Source: Candidatus Pacearchaeota archaeon | GTDB taxonomy: Archaea; Nanobdellota; Nanobdellia; Pacearchaeales; JAPDKA01 | Reading direction: 5' to 3' | Length of the DNA stretch: 64,000 nucleotides | NCBI GenBank assembly: GCA_038840695.1 | Contig: JAWBVE010000004.1 | Span: 774 to 64,773, forward strand | Part shown: positions 9,453 to 19,689 of the stretch, piece after piece | Layout of the letters: each line of letters begins with the position of its first letter | How positions within the stretch are numbered: the stretch's first letter is position 1 | Notes under the pieces: generated by a model | Told to the model about the DNA's origin: nothing | The model's database searches: none | Seen by the model: only the letters and a program-made list of their open reading frames with translations | Position numbers and translations under genes: made by a program

Positions 9453-10367
9453 CTAAAGCTCGAAGATATCAACAAGCATGACTGGCTTTTTCCTTATTAT
9501 TATCGTTGTCTCGGCCTGGCTTACTTTTGCCTTGCTGCTTTCAACTAACTCTTTATAATTATAAGCAACTCCTGTTTTTTCAAAAACTTTTAATGCAAGC
9601 AAGGCATTAGCAAAGCTTTTTTCGAGCCAGCGTTGTGAGAATGGCAGAAATGAATAATTTTTCTTTATAAATTCATAAACCTCTTTATAGAGCCTGGGCT
9701 TTTTATCTTTTAAAATCCAGATCGCACTTGGCCTTCCATCATTCACAAAACCACTAGCTTCTTTTAATGTTACAAAAGGTTCAATAGCTATTATCTCATT
9801 TTCTTTTAGCAAGGTTTTGTCGCCATTATTATAATTAGGAATATTCTTTCCAGAATGAAGGCTTTTAGCACTTATGCCATGACCACTCAAATTAAATATC
9901 GGCTTAAAGCCAAGCTCAGAAATTTTTTTCTCTATAGCCTTTCCTATTTCGCAAACCTCAACATCAGGCCTTGCAATTTTGAGAGCAGCACTTAAGGCTT
10001 GTTGACTTGCTTTAATAAGTGCTTTATTCTCTTCATTGCTGTCAAGATCAAGACTTATGGCAGCATCAGCAATGCCATCATCGCACTTAACTCCTATATC
10101 TACTTTTAATAAACCACTAGCCAAGCTCTTATCATTGCTAAAAGGACTGTAGTGAGCAGCAATTTCATTTATGCTTAAATTTGGAGGAAATGCAAGGCTC
10201 GCATTTTGCCTAGCTACAAAAGCTTCTATTTTCTCAGCAATTTCAAGTAGCAAGACATCTTTTTTACAAAGCCTTTTTGCTAAGCTAAGCGCTTTTTCGA
10301 CTATCTTCCCTGCTTTTTTATAACCTTCTAAACTTTTCTCCAAGCTTTTGTCTTGCATATTTTCCAA
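9453..10367 (-). CDS. map: Methionine aminopeptidase type II
   Basis: AFP..SINEIAAHYSP, KVDIGV..D..IADAA, NLSGH, IAIEPF, Q.E.T metal-binding motifs. Confidence 0.95.
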   Translation of the reverse strand: MENMQDKSLEKSLEGYKKAGKIVEKALSLAKRLCKKDVLLLEIAEKIEAFVARQNASLAFPPNLSINEIAAHYSPFSNDKSLASGLLKVDIGVKCDDGIADAAISLDLDSNEENKALIKASQQALSAALKIARPDVEVCEIGKAIEKKISELGFKPIFNLSGHGISAKSLHSGKNIPNYNNGDKTLLKENEIIAIEPFVTLKEASGFVNDGRPSAIWILKDKKPRLYKEVYEFIKKNYSFLPFSQRWLEKSFANALLALKVFEKTGVAYNYKELVESSKAKVSQAETTIIIRKKPVMLVDIFEL

Positions 10368-12102
10368 GCTCTCGCAATTTTTTTCTAAGTATGGCTTTTT
10401 TAACAGCCCTTACAACCTTATAAATAACAATAAAAATGAAAATAAGACTTAAAATAAGTGTTGCATAAAGAATTTCTTTGTAAATATATGGATAAGCTGT
10501 TGGCTTTTCTGTAGGAATTATTTTTACTATGAATGGAACTTCCTTAACATCAATTTTAATTTTTTTATAAGCTAAAAGAGTATTATTTGCTCTAACTAGA
10601 ATCCCAAATTCATAACCTTGCGCTTTTGTTTTTATGCTTGAGTTTATTGTTATTACTTTACTTATTTTTACATTCTTTTCCATTTTTTCTTTTTCAATTT
10701 TCTCTTGACTTAAGCTAAAATAGCTTTTATTTGGATTTTCTATTTCTATAACAAGTGATTCCCAATCTTCAAAGGGCACAAATTCTAGTTCAATGCTAAA
10801 ACTTTCACCTTGATAAACACTTTTTTGAGCTAAAATAATAAGTTGGTATCCTTTAATTGCTATGGCCTCTTTTATCTCACATATTGCCTCTCTTCGAGCT
10901 GCAGAAGGAGTTGGACTAGGGCCTATTTGAGTTGTTGGACAAGAGCAATAAATAAAGCTGTCAGATTGCCACTCACTGCAAGCTCCTTTTTCATCACAAC
11001 TTCGCACCGCCCATTCAACAAGTTGCGTCTGATTAAAACTAAAGCCTTTTGGGCTTGTCGCATTGTTATCAATGACAACGCCATTCAACATGAACTCATC
11101 ATGACAGAGTTGGCCTTCACTGTCAAAAGCTACAGATTGCCATTCAAAACTTATTGTACTATTACAGCTATCCGCTATAGCAGTTATATTTGGTTTTGGG
11201 CAAGGTAAATTTTGTATGCTAAAAGTGTCAGCTGCCCAATTGCTGCATTGCCAAAAATCACAGGCACGAACTTTCCATTCATGTAAGCCAAAGCTAAGTC
11301 CTTCAACAAGTTGAGGGCTTGTTACATTTTCTCTAAGCTCAGAATCAATCATGAAGTCATAGCTTATAGGATCGCCATCTGCATCGCTTGAATTTTGCCA
11401 TTGTAAAAGAACTGTGTTGTTATTTGTGTTTGGTTGATCGAGTAAAATTGGCATGGTAGGCACTGAATTTAAGATTGTGAAGTTATCATATGCTTCTTCT
11501 GAGCAACAATTAGCATTGCAAGTTTTTACTTTCCATTCATGGAAGCCTATAGGAAGATTAATTCTTGTTAAAGGCGCATTTGCAGTTTGCCATGTGCCAT
11601 CAAGATAGAACATATCATATGTTGGCAAACCATTTGGATCAATTCCAGAACTCCAATTAAAAATTATACTATAGTCTTTGCTTGGTGGGTGAAAATTATT
11701 TATTGCTTGTAAAATGGGCATGGATGGAGCCTCACAAAGTGTTAAGTTAAGACTCAAAATGCCATAGCTATCAGCTTGGCCCTGTTCTTCAATAAACCAA
11801 TTTCCTTTACTTACTTTAATAAGTCCATAACCATAGGGCTCAAGAGCAAGATTTGCAATCACATAATAGCCATTATCCTGGCTATAGGTCTGGCCAGAGC
11901 AATATTGCGGCGGGGCACTACAATTTATTACAAAAACATTAACTAAGGCATTGCTTGCTATGCTTCCATTTGAATAAAAAACAAAGCCATCAGCAACTCC
12001 GAGATAGATTTGCGCTTTTAAGAAAGGCAAAATTAAAATTAAAGCAATGATTGAACAAAAAAGTAAACTTACTACCAATTTTATTTTTTCTTTTATTTTC
12101 AT
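10318..12102 (-). CDS. Membrane-anchored surface protein with FN3/Ig-like repeats
   Basis: Signal peptide; three W.V..C....CS repeats; C-terminal TM and basic tail. Confidence 0.7.
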   Translation of the reverse strand: MKIKEKIKLVVSLLFCSIIALILILPFLKAQIYLGVADGFVFYSNGSIASNALVNVFVINCSAPPQYCSGQTYSQDNGYYVIANLALEPYGYGLIKVSKGNWFIEEQGQADSYGILSLNLTLCEAPSMPILQAINNFHPPSKDYSIIFNWSSGIDPNGLPTYDMFYLDGTWQTANAPLTRINLPIGFHEWKVKTCNANCCSEEAYDNFTILNSVPTMPILLDQPNTNNNTVLLQWQNSSDADGDPISYDFMIDSELRENVTSPQLVEGLSFGLHEWKVRACDFWQCSNWAADTFSIQNLPCPKPNITAIADSCNSTISFEWQSVAFDSEGQLCHDEFMLNGVVIDNNATSPKGFSFNQTQLVEWAVRSCDEKGACSEWQSDSFIYCSCPTTQIGPSPTPSAARREAICEIKEAIAIKGYQLIILAQKSVYQGESFSIELEFVPFEDWESLVIEIENPNKSYFSLSQEKIEKEKMEKNVKISKVITINSSIKTKAQGYEFGILVRANNTLLAYKKIKIDVKEVPFIVKIIPTEKPTAYPYIYKEILYATLILSLIFIFIVIYKVVRAVKKAILRKKLRELGKYARQKLGEKFRRL

Positions 12103-12121
12103 TCTTTATTAAATTTTGTAT

Positions 12122-12766
12122 TTAATTCAAGAGTTGACTGCGATTATAGGCAAGCACATGTTGTGTTTTGGCGAAAATAAATTGGCCTTCTCCGGCATTA
12201 ATGCTATCAAAGGGATTGTTTGAGGCGAGAGCAGAATAAATTTCAAAGGACTGACTATCTCTATTCCATTTCATTAAATATTTGTGCAAGGAAATATTAA
12301 AATATTTCGTTATGCTTGCATTAAATTCATAAGGCCATGAAGGACTATTCCAGCCTGAGAGCATTTCTATGCTTAAATCACTATTATTAGCTCCGCTCCA
12401 TCCTAAAGAAATGCTATTGCCAACAAGAATAAAATAACTTTCATTTAGCTCAGTTGTATTGAATGGATTATTTGTGGCGAGAGGCGAGTAAACATCGAAG
12501 CCTCCTTTGCTTGTGTTCCATCTTAATAAAAATCGAAATTGGCTAGCCTGATAATTAAATACTTCATCAACAAAACCGCTTTTGTTTACGCATACAGAAA
12601 CTAAATTCCAGCCAGGCTTTAGCTCAGTACCACATTTCGGCATTATATAAAAGTATATGTGCCCGTAAGCAACAGTCTTACCTGTAATTTCGAAACCAAA
12701 AGCTCTTTCTAAGAAAAAAATAAAAAAAATCAAAGCCAAAATAAAAAACAAGCTTTTATTTTTCAT
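12122..12766 (-). CDS. Secreted protein with two L..GWN..S repeats
   Basis: Signal peptide with EITG motif; internal duplication (GWN..S ... W....F..YS.LA.NNPF). Confidence 0.65.
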   Translation of the reverse strand: MKNKSLFFILALIFFIFFLERAFGFEITGKTVAYGHIYFYIMPKCGTELKPGWNLVSVCVNKSGFVDEVFNYQASQFRFLLRWNTSKGGFDVYSPLATNNPFNTTELNESYFILVGNSISLGWSGANNSDLSIEMLSGWNSPSWPYEFNASITKYFNISLHKYLMKWNRDSQSFEIYSALASNNPFDSINAGEGQFIFAKTQHVLAYNRSQLLN

Positions 12767-12776
12767 TTTGTTTTAT

Positions 12777-13271
12777 TTACATTTCTATTTTTATTCTTCT
12801 CTCCTTTGGCACATAATTTAAAAGTTTTCCATCTTTTAAAAGCCCGCACCCTAGGAAATCATCGCCATGCTTTAAAATTACAAAGCCCTTGCCCTTGCTT
12901 TTGCCTTCTTCCAAGTTTTTTAAGTCTTTTATGTTTTTCCCCTGCATCCAAGCAACAAGCTCATCTCTCGTTAGCTCTAGTGTGTTGTGCATGTTATGTT
13001 TTGCCTGTTTGGCAAAAAGTTGTGTGGCATCAAAACTAAGCCTAAAGCCTCCTGCTTCAAGCTTGCCGAGATAAAAGCCTGCGCGCATCGCAATATCTAA
13101 AAAATTAAGGCTCTGCTTAGGTGCAATAAAAATTTTATTCTCAGATTTTAAAAGCACAAAGCCATGGCTTAAAGTTAGCCCATATTCTTTCAAATGCCTC
13201 ATTATCTCTTTCTCCTCTTTTTTGCTGAGCAGTTTAAATTTATTTTTAAATTTATTCTCTTCCTTTTTCAT
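12777..13271 (-). CDS. NIP7/RsmF C-terminal PUA-like RNA-binding protein
   Basis: G.YLG.L..GGFRLS, W..G, GFVIL....FLGCG......LNYVPKERR; lies directly downstream of the m5C methyltransferase. Confidence 0.75.
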   Translation of the reverse strand: MKKEENKFKNKFKLLSKKEEKEIMRHLKEYGLTLSHGFVLLKSENKIFIAPKQSLNFLDIAMRAGFYLGKLEAGGFRLSFDATQLFAKQAKHNMHNTLELTRDELVAWMQGKNIKDLKNLEEGKSKGKGFVILKHGDDFLGCGLLKDGKLLNYVPKERRIKIEM

Positions 13272-13335
13272 TTTTGTTTTTTCATTCTTTCATTCTTTCC
13301 ATTCTTTTTCTTTTTTCTTTTTCCATTTTTCATTC

Positions 13336-14358
13336 TTATTTTTCAAGCCTTAGCTTTGCAATAAAAAAGCCCTCACTATCAAAGTCTTGCGGCATTATTC
13401 GAATAGCCTTTTTTATTTCTTTGCTATAGCTCTTGCCTTGCCATTCACTAATCCCTTGCCTCGTCGGAATTTTTAACTTTATTTTTTCAACTCTAAGTGG
13501 AAATTTTCTTAGCACATAATCAATCACTTCTTCATTTTCTTCTGGCGCAAGAGTGCACGTTGAATAAACAAGTATGCCGTCATTTTTTAATAAACCAATA
13601 GCTCTCGCCAAAATGCCTTTCTGAATCCTGCTAAGCCTTTTTATTGTTTTTTCACTCCAAAGCTTAAATAGCTCTTGATTTTTTCTTATTGTGCCTTCAT
13701 TGCTACATGGCGCATCAACTAAAATATAATCAAAGCTCAATTTTTTTGAAATAAGATTTTTTGCGAGAAGGCTGAAAGGCATAGTAGTTAGAATTGCATT
13801 TATTACTCCACATCTTTGCAAATTACTTGCTAGAGCTATGCCCCTTTCCCAGCTTATGTCATTAGCAACTATTAAGCCACTATTTGCCATTATAGCAGCT
13901 AGATGTGTTGTTTTGCTGCCAGGAGCTGCACAGCAATCAAGTACAAGCGAATTTGCTTGTGGCATTAAAACCTTTGCCGGGAGCATAGAGCTTATTGATT
14001 GAACATAATAGTAGCCAAGCACATGCTCAAGTGAGTTGCCAAGCGCGCCTGGCTCAAGCCTTGTTTTTATTACAAAACCTTCTTCTAAGCCATATTTGCC
14101 TAGCCATTCTATTTGCCACTTTTGCTCTAGCCTCTGCCTTAACTTCTCTATAGAAATTTTTAATGTGTTAGCCCTAATGCTAAAGAGCATCGGCTCATAG
14201 CATTTATCAAAGAAAAGCTCAACATCGCGTGCATTCTTCAGAAGTCTTGCGATCCTTGAAAAAAAAGCTGGCTTTGGCTTATACTTTTTATCTTTGTGCT
14301 TTTCAAGAATCTTCTCATAAACATCATCAAAACTAACTCCATCACTAACTTCAACCAT
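13336..14358 (-). CDS. NOL1/NOP2/Sun (RsmB/RsmF) RNA cytosine-C5 methyltransferase
   Basis: YYVQ..SSM, VLDCCAAPGSKTT, DAPCS, VYSTCT..PEENE, GFFIA; start uncertain (14358 or 14376). Confidence 0.95.
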   Translation of the reverse strand: MVEVSDGVSFDDVYEKILEKHKDKKYKPKPAFFSRIARLLKNARDVELFFDKCYEPMLFSIRANTLKISIEKLRQRLEQKWQIEWLGKYGLEEGFVIKTRLEPGALGNSLEHVLGYYYVQSISSMLPAKVLMPQANSLVLDCCAAPGSKTTHLAAIMANSGLIVANDISWERGIALASNLQRCGVINAILTTMPFSLLAKNLISKKLSFDYILVDAPCSNEGTIRKNQELFKLWSEKTIKRLSRIQKGILARAIGLLKNDGILVYSTCTLAPEENEEVIDYVLRKFPLRVEKIKLKIPTRQGISEWQGKSYSKEIKKAIRIMPQDFDSEGFFIAKLRLEK

Positions 14359-14376
14359 ACAAAAATAAAGAGGCAA

Positions 14377-14483
14377 AATTTAAAAATGTGAAAATGAAAA
14401 ATAATGAATAAAACAAACAAAAAACCAAAACAAAAATAAAATAAAGTAAAACAAAACGAAAATAAAAATAAAATAAAAATAAA
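14377..14483 (+). repeat. A-rich low-complexity spacer (AAAATA units)
   Basis: Tandem AAAATA/AAAAC units upstream of ATG 14484. Confidence 0.75.
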
Positions 14484-14906
14484 ATGAAAAAGATAAAAAA
14501 ATATGCAGGACTTGTTGGGCTTGTTTTAGCCACTTCACTTTTTCCAATGAGCTTACAGAGTAGAAAGGGATATGTGACAGCAACAACAGAGCTTAATTGC
14601 CTTGGAGTTGAAGTTGTTGCAAGAGGGCAATCTCAAGATGAGAGCGATTATGTTGGGTTATCTGTAAGGAATGAAAGAGGAGGATGGGATGACTTTCCAG
14701 CATATGAGGTTAGAGGAAAATTTGAGCAAAGATGGTGTTTCAATTATACAGGTATGGGCGCCTATGATCTTTTTAAATATCAGGGAAAAGAATTTACGGT
14801 TGCACTTTGGGACAGTAAAGTACCAGATCCAAGTCATCCTTTTGGTTATAGAATGTATGGTGAAATTGATAGAGCATACGGCGTGATTCCGAATTTAGGA
14901 ATGTAA
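14484..14906 (+). CDS. Small secreted hypothetical protein
   Basis: Signal-peptide-like N-terminus; fills the gap between RsmB and PolB. Confidence 0.65.
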   Translation: MKKIKKYAGLVGLVLATSLFPMSLQSRKGYVTATTELNCLGVEVVARGQSQDESDYVGLSVRNERGGWDDFPAYEVRGKFEQRWCFNYTGMGAYDLFKYQGKEFTVALWDSKVPDPSHPFGYRMYGEIDRAYGVIPNLGM

Positions 14907-14945
14907 AATCAGGCCAACCAGGCAATCAGCAGGCAATAAGCCAGC

Positions 14946-17426
14946 TTAAAACTCGAGCTTTTTCTGCTTTTTTCCTTCTATTATTTCTTCACTTTTGATA
15001 TTAAAAACATTAAAAATGCTTTCTACTGCAGGAATGATCTGATTGTTTATATAATAATCCGAGTCATATTCCTTATCTTTAACTTCATCAGGCATCTTTA
15101 CTTTTTCTCTTATTCTCGCTTTCTTTTCCTTGCTCTCGCAAACAATCCACTCAGCCAAGCTTCCTGGCCTCACAGGAATTCCTCTTTGTTGCATTCTTCT
15201 TGCTATCTCAACATGTGGTGTATAAGCGGCATATGCTTCTATTTCTTTTTTTATCTGTGTTCTTATTACAAGTTTATCAAGCTCTATTTGCTTATTTTTT
15301 AGTTTCTTTATTATTTCACGAACATAATTAAGTGCCTTATCAGGCTTAGCCTCTTCGAGCACAGAAAGTAAAACCTTATTTTGTACTTCCTTAGCTAGCT
15401 CACACCAATCTCGCCTTACAGTTTCGAAGCCCCTTATTTTTAGCTCGCCTTTTTCACTTATCATAGCATACTTTTTCTTAGCTCCAATCTCGCCTTTTCT
15501 CGTTGTAACAAAAATTGCCCGCTTATAGAAATCCTCTAGCTCGAGCTCCATTCCCTTTGGCAGCTCAGCATTAACCTTTTTTAGCCATTCAAGTGCATAG
15601 GTTTTGCTTTTATCTTTTAACAAAATAGCAAGACTATCAGTGTCAGCATATATAACATCAAAGCCAGCTTTTTTTGCTTTTTCAATGGTCTGTGCTATAT
15701 GCCATCTTCCCAAAGCTGTTATGCTTGCAGCGCATTCCCTGCTATAATATCTTGCTCCAAAAAAGCCAAAGTAGCCATAATGTGCATTTGCAAGAGTTTT
15801 TAATGCTAAGTCCCTTGCCTCTAGGAGTGGAGAGGGATGAAGCTTTTTTTCTTGCTTAACTTTTTTTCTCATCTCGACAAGCTCTTTAAGTAAGAGAGGA
15901 ATGAAGGTGGGTTTCTCATCAAAATAAAATTGTACTTTTTTTCTATCAAGCTCAAATTCTGGAGTAGCTAGTGATGTTTTTTTTGTAGTTATGCTTGCAG
16001 GGCTGATGTTATAGCTTATTATTATGCTTGGATAAAGGCTTCTAAAGTCAAAGACAGCAAGGCCATCATAAAGTCCTGGCTTTGGCTCAAGTACAAAGGC
16101 TCCAGTATATTTTGGCATGAGTTTTCGCTTTGCGATCACATCCTGAAAAGGCCTATGCTCGGCTATCTCATTAAATTGCTTTAGTCCATGAATAATATAA
16201 CTTTCAACAAGCTGACTAAATGAGCTTCTAGTGACATTAAAGAGAGGCTCTTTGACAATTTTTGTAAGTTCAAACATTTGAGGCCATAGTTTATGAAAAA
16301 GCTTGTAGACGAGAATGCTATCCTGTAAATTGTAAAGGGCAAATTTTTCTAGCTCGCTATGCTGCTTGCCTTCTTGCCTGCTTTCTTTATCTTTCAAAAT
16401 TCCAAAATCAACCTCAAGCTTTTTTTCTCCGATAAGCTGAGATGCAACTTCGTTTAATGTTAATGTTTCTGTTCTTAACGAGGGAGCAACAAAATTTTCC
16501 ACAAACCTAAACAAATCAATATGGCAAATTCCAGCTGTTTTTGCAGAAGTTATTTTGCCTTTTTGCAGGCTAACTTCGCTTCCATCCAGGCCTATGCAGA
16601 GCTTTATCTTATTAGCTTTTGCCCTTTCCTTTAAGTAAGGCATATCAAAACCATCACTAAAATAGCCAACAAGATAGTCTGGCTTCTCAGAATTAACAAT
16701 ATCAACAAATTTTTTTATGAGTTCAGCCTCATCCTTGACAAATTCGATCCATCTCTGAGTTGTTGGGAATTTTTTCCAAGTTAGCACTTTTTTAAAATTA
16801 TCACTCATTAGGCTTATCATTATTATTTCACCTTTTCCTATCTCAAACTCGCTCGCCTCAATATCAAAAGTCAAAATTTTTGGCTTATACTCATATCTCT
16901 TGGCATCTTTTGCTATGCTCTTAACAAATCCGACGATATCTGCATTTATGCCATCTATTGAGCTTTTCCCAATGTCTTCAATCTCAACATTATACCAACA
17001 AAGCGGCGTTATGTCTTTCTCTATAATATAGCGTGTAATAAAATTTATATCATCTTCTTTATGTGCATGCTCAATGCTCTCACTGAATTTCTTTATTTTA
17101 TCTTTTAGAGGAATTATGTCCTTATGATTATAAGCAAAGATTTGTAATGCCTCAGTGGGCTTGCCAATAAAATTTTTTTTCACAACTTTGGCATCTTTAA
17201 CTTTTACTTGCCGTCCTGCATAGCTAAAAGAAATTGCTTTTATTTTTTCTATGTATTTTTCAAGCTGTGCCTTGCTTAAGCCAGGCTTAAAAAAGTGATA
17301 ATAATATTTTTCACAGTTATCAAGCAAGCAAACTATTTTGTTTCCACTTCTCCCCCAAAGCCTTATGTAATCTTTCTCGCCGATATCAAAATAATCTATA
17401 TCAGTCAAAAAAAACTCAAATTTCAT
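14946..17426 (-). CDS. polB: Family B DNA polymerase
   Basis: ExoI FDIE, ExoII YFSDGFD, ExoIII YNLQD; DFRSLYPSII, K..AN..YGY, YADTDS, KKKY; C-terminal PIP-like QKKLEF; ATG 17426 preferred. Confidence 0.97.
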   Translation of the reverse strand: MKFEFFLTDIDYFDIGEKDYIRLWGRSGNKIVCLLDNCEKYYYHFFKPGLSKAQLEKYIEKIKAISFSYAGRQVKVKDAKVVKKNFIGKPTEALQIFAYNHKDIIPLKDKIKKFSESIEHAHKEDDINFITRYIIEKDITPLCWYNVEIEDIGKSSIDGINADIVGFVKSIAKDAKRYEYKPKILTFDIEASEFEIGKGEIIMISLMSDNFKKVLTWKKFPTTQRWIEFVKDEAELIKKFVDIVNSEKPDYLVGYFSDGFDMPYLKERAKANKIKLCIGLDGSEVSLQKGKITSAKTAGICHIDLFRFVENFVAPSLRTETLTLNEVASQLIGEKKLEVDFGILKDKESRQEGKQHSELEKFALYNLQDSILVYKLFHKLWPQMFELTKIVKEPLFNVTRSSFSQLVESYIIHGLKQFNEIAEHRPFQDVIAKRKLMPKYTGAFVLEPKPGLYDGLAVFDFRSLYPSIIISYNISPASITTKKTSLATPEFELDRKKVQFYFDEKPTFIPLLLKELVEMRKKVKQEKKLHPSPLLEARDLALKTLANAHYGYFGFFGARYYSRECAASITALGRWHIAQTIEKAKKAGFDVIYADTDSLAILLKDKSKTYALEWLKKVNAELPKGMELELEDFYKRAIFVTTRKGEIGAKKKYAMISEKGELKIRGFETVRRDWCELAKEVQNKVLLSVLEEAKPDKALNYVREIIKKLKNKQIELDKLVIRTQIKKEIEAYAAYTPHVEIARRMQQRGIPVRPGSLAEWIVCESKEKKARIREKVKMPDEVKDKEYDSDYYINNQIIPAVESIFNVFNIKSEEIIEGKKQKKLEF

Positions 17427-17559
17427 GAAAATTATATGGCTTGATTTTTTAAATATTTTTGACGTGTTTAACTCAAAATTTACCAAAGAAAGCGAAAACT
17501 TAAAAAATTCATAAAATGGAAATCAAAAAAATATAAAAATCACGGGCTTGTTAAGAATA

Positions 17560-18588
17560 ATGGGTGTTGACATAGGCAAGATTGTGCCAAGGCACGAGAT
17601 AAGTCTTGATTTTTTGAGTGGTAAGATAATTGCTATCGATGCTTACAACATGCTTTATCAATTTTTAACTACAATAAGACAGCCAGACGGAACTTTGCTA
17701 ATGGACAGCCAAGGCAATATAACAAGTCACTTGAGCGGGCTTTATTATAGAACAATGAATTTACTTTACAAAAATATAAAGCCAATTTTTGTTTTCGATG
17801 GTAAAAGTCCAGAAGAAAAATACGGCGAGAAAGAGAAAAGAGAGAAAATAAAAAAAGAGGCTGCAATAAAGTATGAAAAAGCTCTCGAGGAAGGAGCTAT
17901 TGAAGAGGCAGCAAAATATGCAAGAATGACAGCATCGCTTACAGCTGATATGGTTAAAGAGGCTAAAGCATTAATTGATGCGATGGGCTTGCCCTGGATC
18001 CAGGCTCCGAGCGAGGGGGAGGCCCAAGCAGCTTATATGACGAGAAAAGATAAAGCAATTTTTGCTGTTGCAAGTCAGGATTATGATGCACTGATCTTTG
18101 GTGCTCAAAGGCTTGTTATTAATTTAACACTTGCAAAAAAGCGAAAGCTTGCAAGTGGTGCACTCGTGCCAATAAGTCCAGAGCTTGTGGTATTTGATGA
18201 ACTTCTTAACGTGCTTGGTATAGATCATGACATGCTAATTGCTCTAGCAATTCTTGTCGGAACAGACTTTAATCCTGGGGTAAGAGGCATAGGACCAATA
18301 AAAGGGCTAAAGCTTGTTAAGCAATTTAAAAGCCCTTACGAACTTTTTAAATGGGTTGAGAAAACTTATGGGCTAGAATTTAGTTGGCAAGAAATTTTTG
18401 AAATTTTTAAAAAGCCAAACATAAAGAGAGATTTTAGCTATAGCTTTGGTAAGCCAAACAAGCAAGCAATTATTGAGCTTCTATGCAATAAGCATGATTT
18501 CTCTGAAGAGCGAGTTCTTTCAGCTTTAGAAAAGCTTGAAAAAGAAAAAACAAAGCATAGCCAGGAAAGCCTCGGAAAATTTCTGTAG
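17560..18588 (+). CDS. fen: Flap endonuclease 1
   Basis: MGV start, IAIDAYN.LYQFL, TSHLSGL, VFDG, APSEGEAQ, SQDYD, LVGTDFN; PIP box QESLGKF. Confidence 0.98.
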   Translation: MGVDIGKIVPRHEISLDFLSGKIIAIDAYNMLYQFLTTIRQPDGTLLMDSQGNITSHLSGLYYRTMNLLYKNIKPIFVFDGKSPEEKYGEKEKREKIKKEAAIKYEKALEEGAIEEAAKYARMTASLTADMVKEAKALIDAMGLPWIQAPSEGEAQAAYMTRKDKAIFAVASQDYDALIFGAQRLVINLTLAKKRKLASGALVPISPELVVFDELLNVLGIDHDMLIALAILVGTDFNPGVRGIGPIKGLKLVKQFKSPYELFKWVEKTYGLEFSWQEIFEIFKKPNIKRDFSYSFGKPNKQAIIELLCNKHDFSEERVLSALEKLEKEKTKHSQESLGKFL

Positions 18589-18599
18589 AATAGCATAGA

Positions 18600-19685
18600 A
18601 TGGCAATCATAATGCATATTGACATGGATGCCTTTTTTGCTTCTATAGAAGAAAGAGAGCATCCAGAGCTAAGAGGAAAGCCGATCATCGTTGGTGCTGA
18701 TCCAAAGCAGGGCAAGGGCAGAGGTGTCGTGAGTACTGCAAACTATGAAGCAAGAAAGTATGGCATAAAATCAGGGATGTCAATAAGCAAGGCATGGAAA
18801 ATTTGTAGAGAGCACTGCAAAGATGCAGCTTTCTTAAGGCCTAGATTTGAGCTCTATGAGAAAGAAAGTGAAAAGATAATGGAAATAATAGCTGAGCATG
18901 GCACAATTGAGCAAGTAAGTATTGATGAAGCATTTCTTGATGTAAGTAAGCAATGCAAGGATTTTGAGCAAGCAAGAGCTTTGGCATTGCTAATAAAAAA
19001 TAAAATTTATGAGGCTACTGGACTTACTTGCAGTATAGGCATAGCCGAAAACAAGCTTCTTGCTAAAATAGCCTCTGATTTAAAAAAGCCAGATGGTTTA
19101 ACTATTATAGAGCATAATGGCAATTTTTTGGCAAGATTTAAGCCAAACATTATTCCTGGAATTGGCAAAAAAACACTAGCCTTCTTAAGACAAGAAGGAA
19201 TAAAAACAATTGCTGATCTGCAAAAGAAAAGTCCATTTTGGTTTCTCGAAAAATTTGGAAAAATAGGCATTTATTATTATCAGGCTGTGCATGGCATCGA
19301 CAAAAGCAAGGTTGAAGGCAAGGCAAGCAAGACAAGCAAGCAGATTGAATTTAAATCTATTGGTAAGGAAATTACTTTTGATGTTGACACACTCGATGAG
19401 AAATTTATATTTTATTATGTTGATAAGCTTTGTGAAGCTGTTTGGGATGAAGTGCGAGCAGAAAGACTTTATTTTAAAGCAATAGAAGTAAAAATTAGAT
19501 ACCAAGACTATGCAACCCATACTCATGAGCAAAAATTGCTTGTGCCAATCGATAACTTAAGCTATTTTAGCGAAATTGCTAAGGCAATGATAAAGCCATT
19601 TTTAATCAAACCAATTCGCTTAATTGGCATTCGCGCAAAACATTTTGTAAAAGAGAAGCAATTAAAGTTAACTACATCAGCTTAG
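18600..19685 (+). CDS. dinB: Y-family DNA polymerase IV (DinB/Dpo4)
   Basis: HIDMDAFFAS.E, STANYEARKYG, SIDEAFLD, AKIASD.KKPDG. Confidence 0.97.
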   Translation: MAIIMHIDMDAFFASIEEREHPELRGKPIIVGADPKQGKGRGVVSTANYEARKYGIKSGMSISKAWKICREHCKDAAFLRPRFELYEKESEKIMEIIAEHGTIEQVSIDEAFLDVSKQCKDFEQARALALLIKNKIYEATGLTCSIGIAENKLLAKIASDLKKPDGLTIIEHNGNFLARFKPNIIPGIGKKTLAFLRQEGIKTIADLQKKSPFWFLEKFGKIGIYYYQAVHGIDKSKVEGKASKTSKQIEFKSIGKEITFDVDTLDEKFIFYYVDKLCEAVWDEVRAERLYFKAIEVKIRYQDYATHTHEQKLLVPIDNLSYFSEIAKAMIKPFLIKPIRLIGIRAKHFVKEKQLKLTTSA

Positions 19686-19689
19686 CAAA

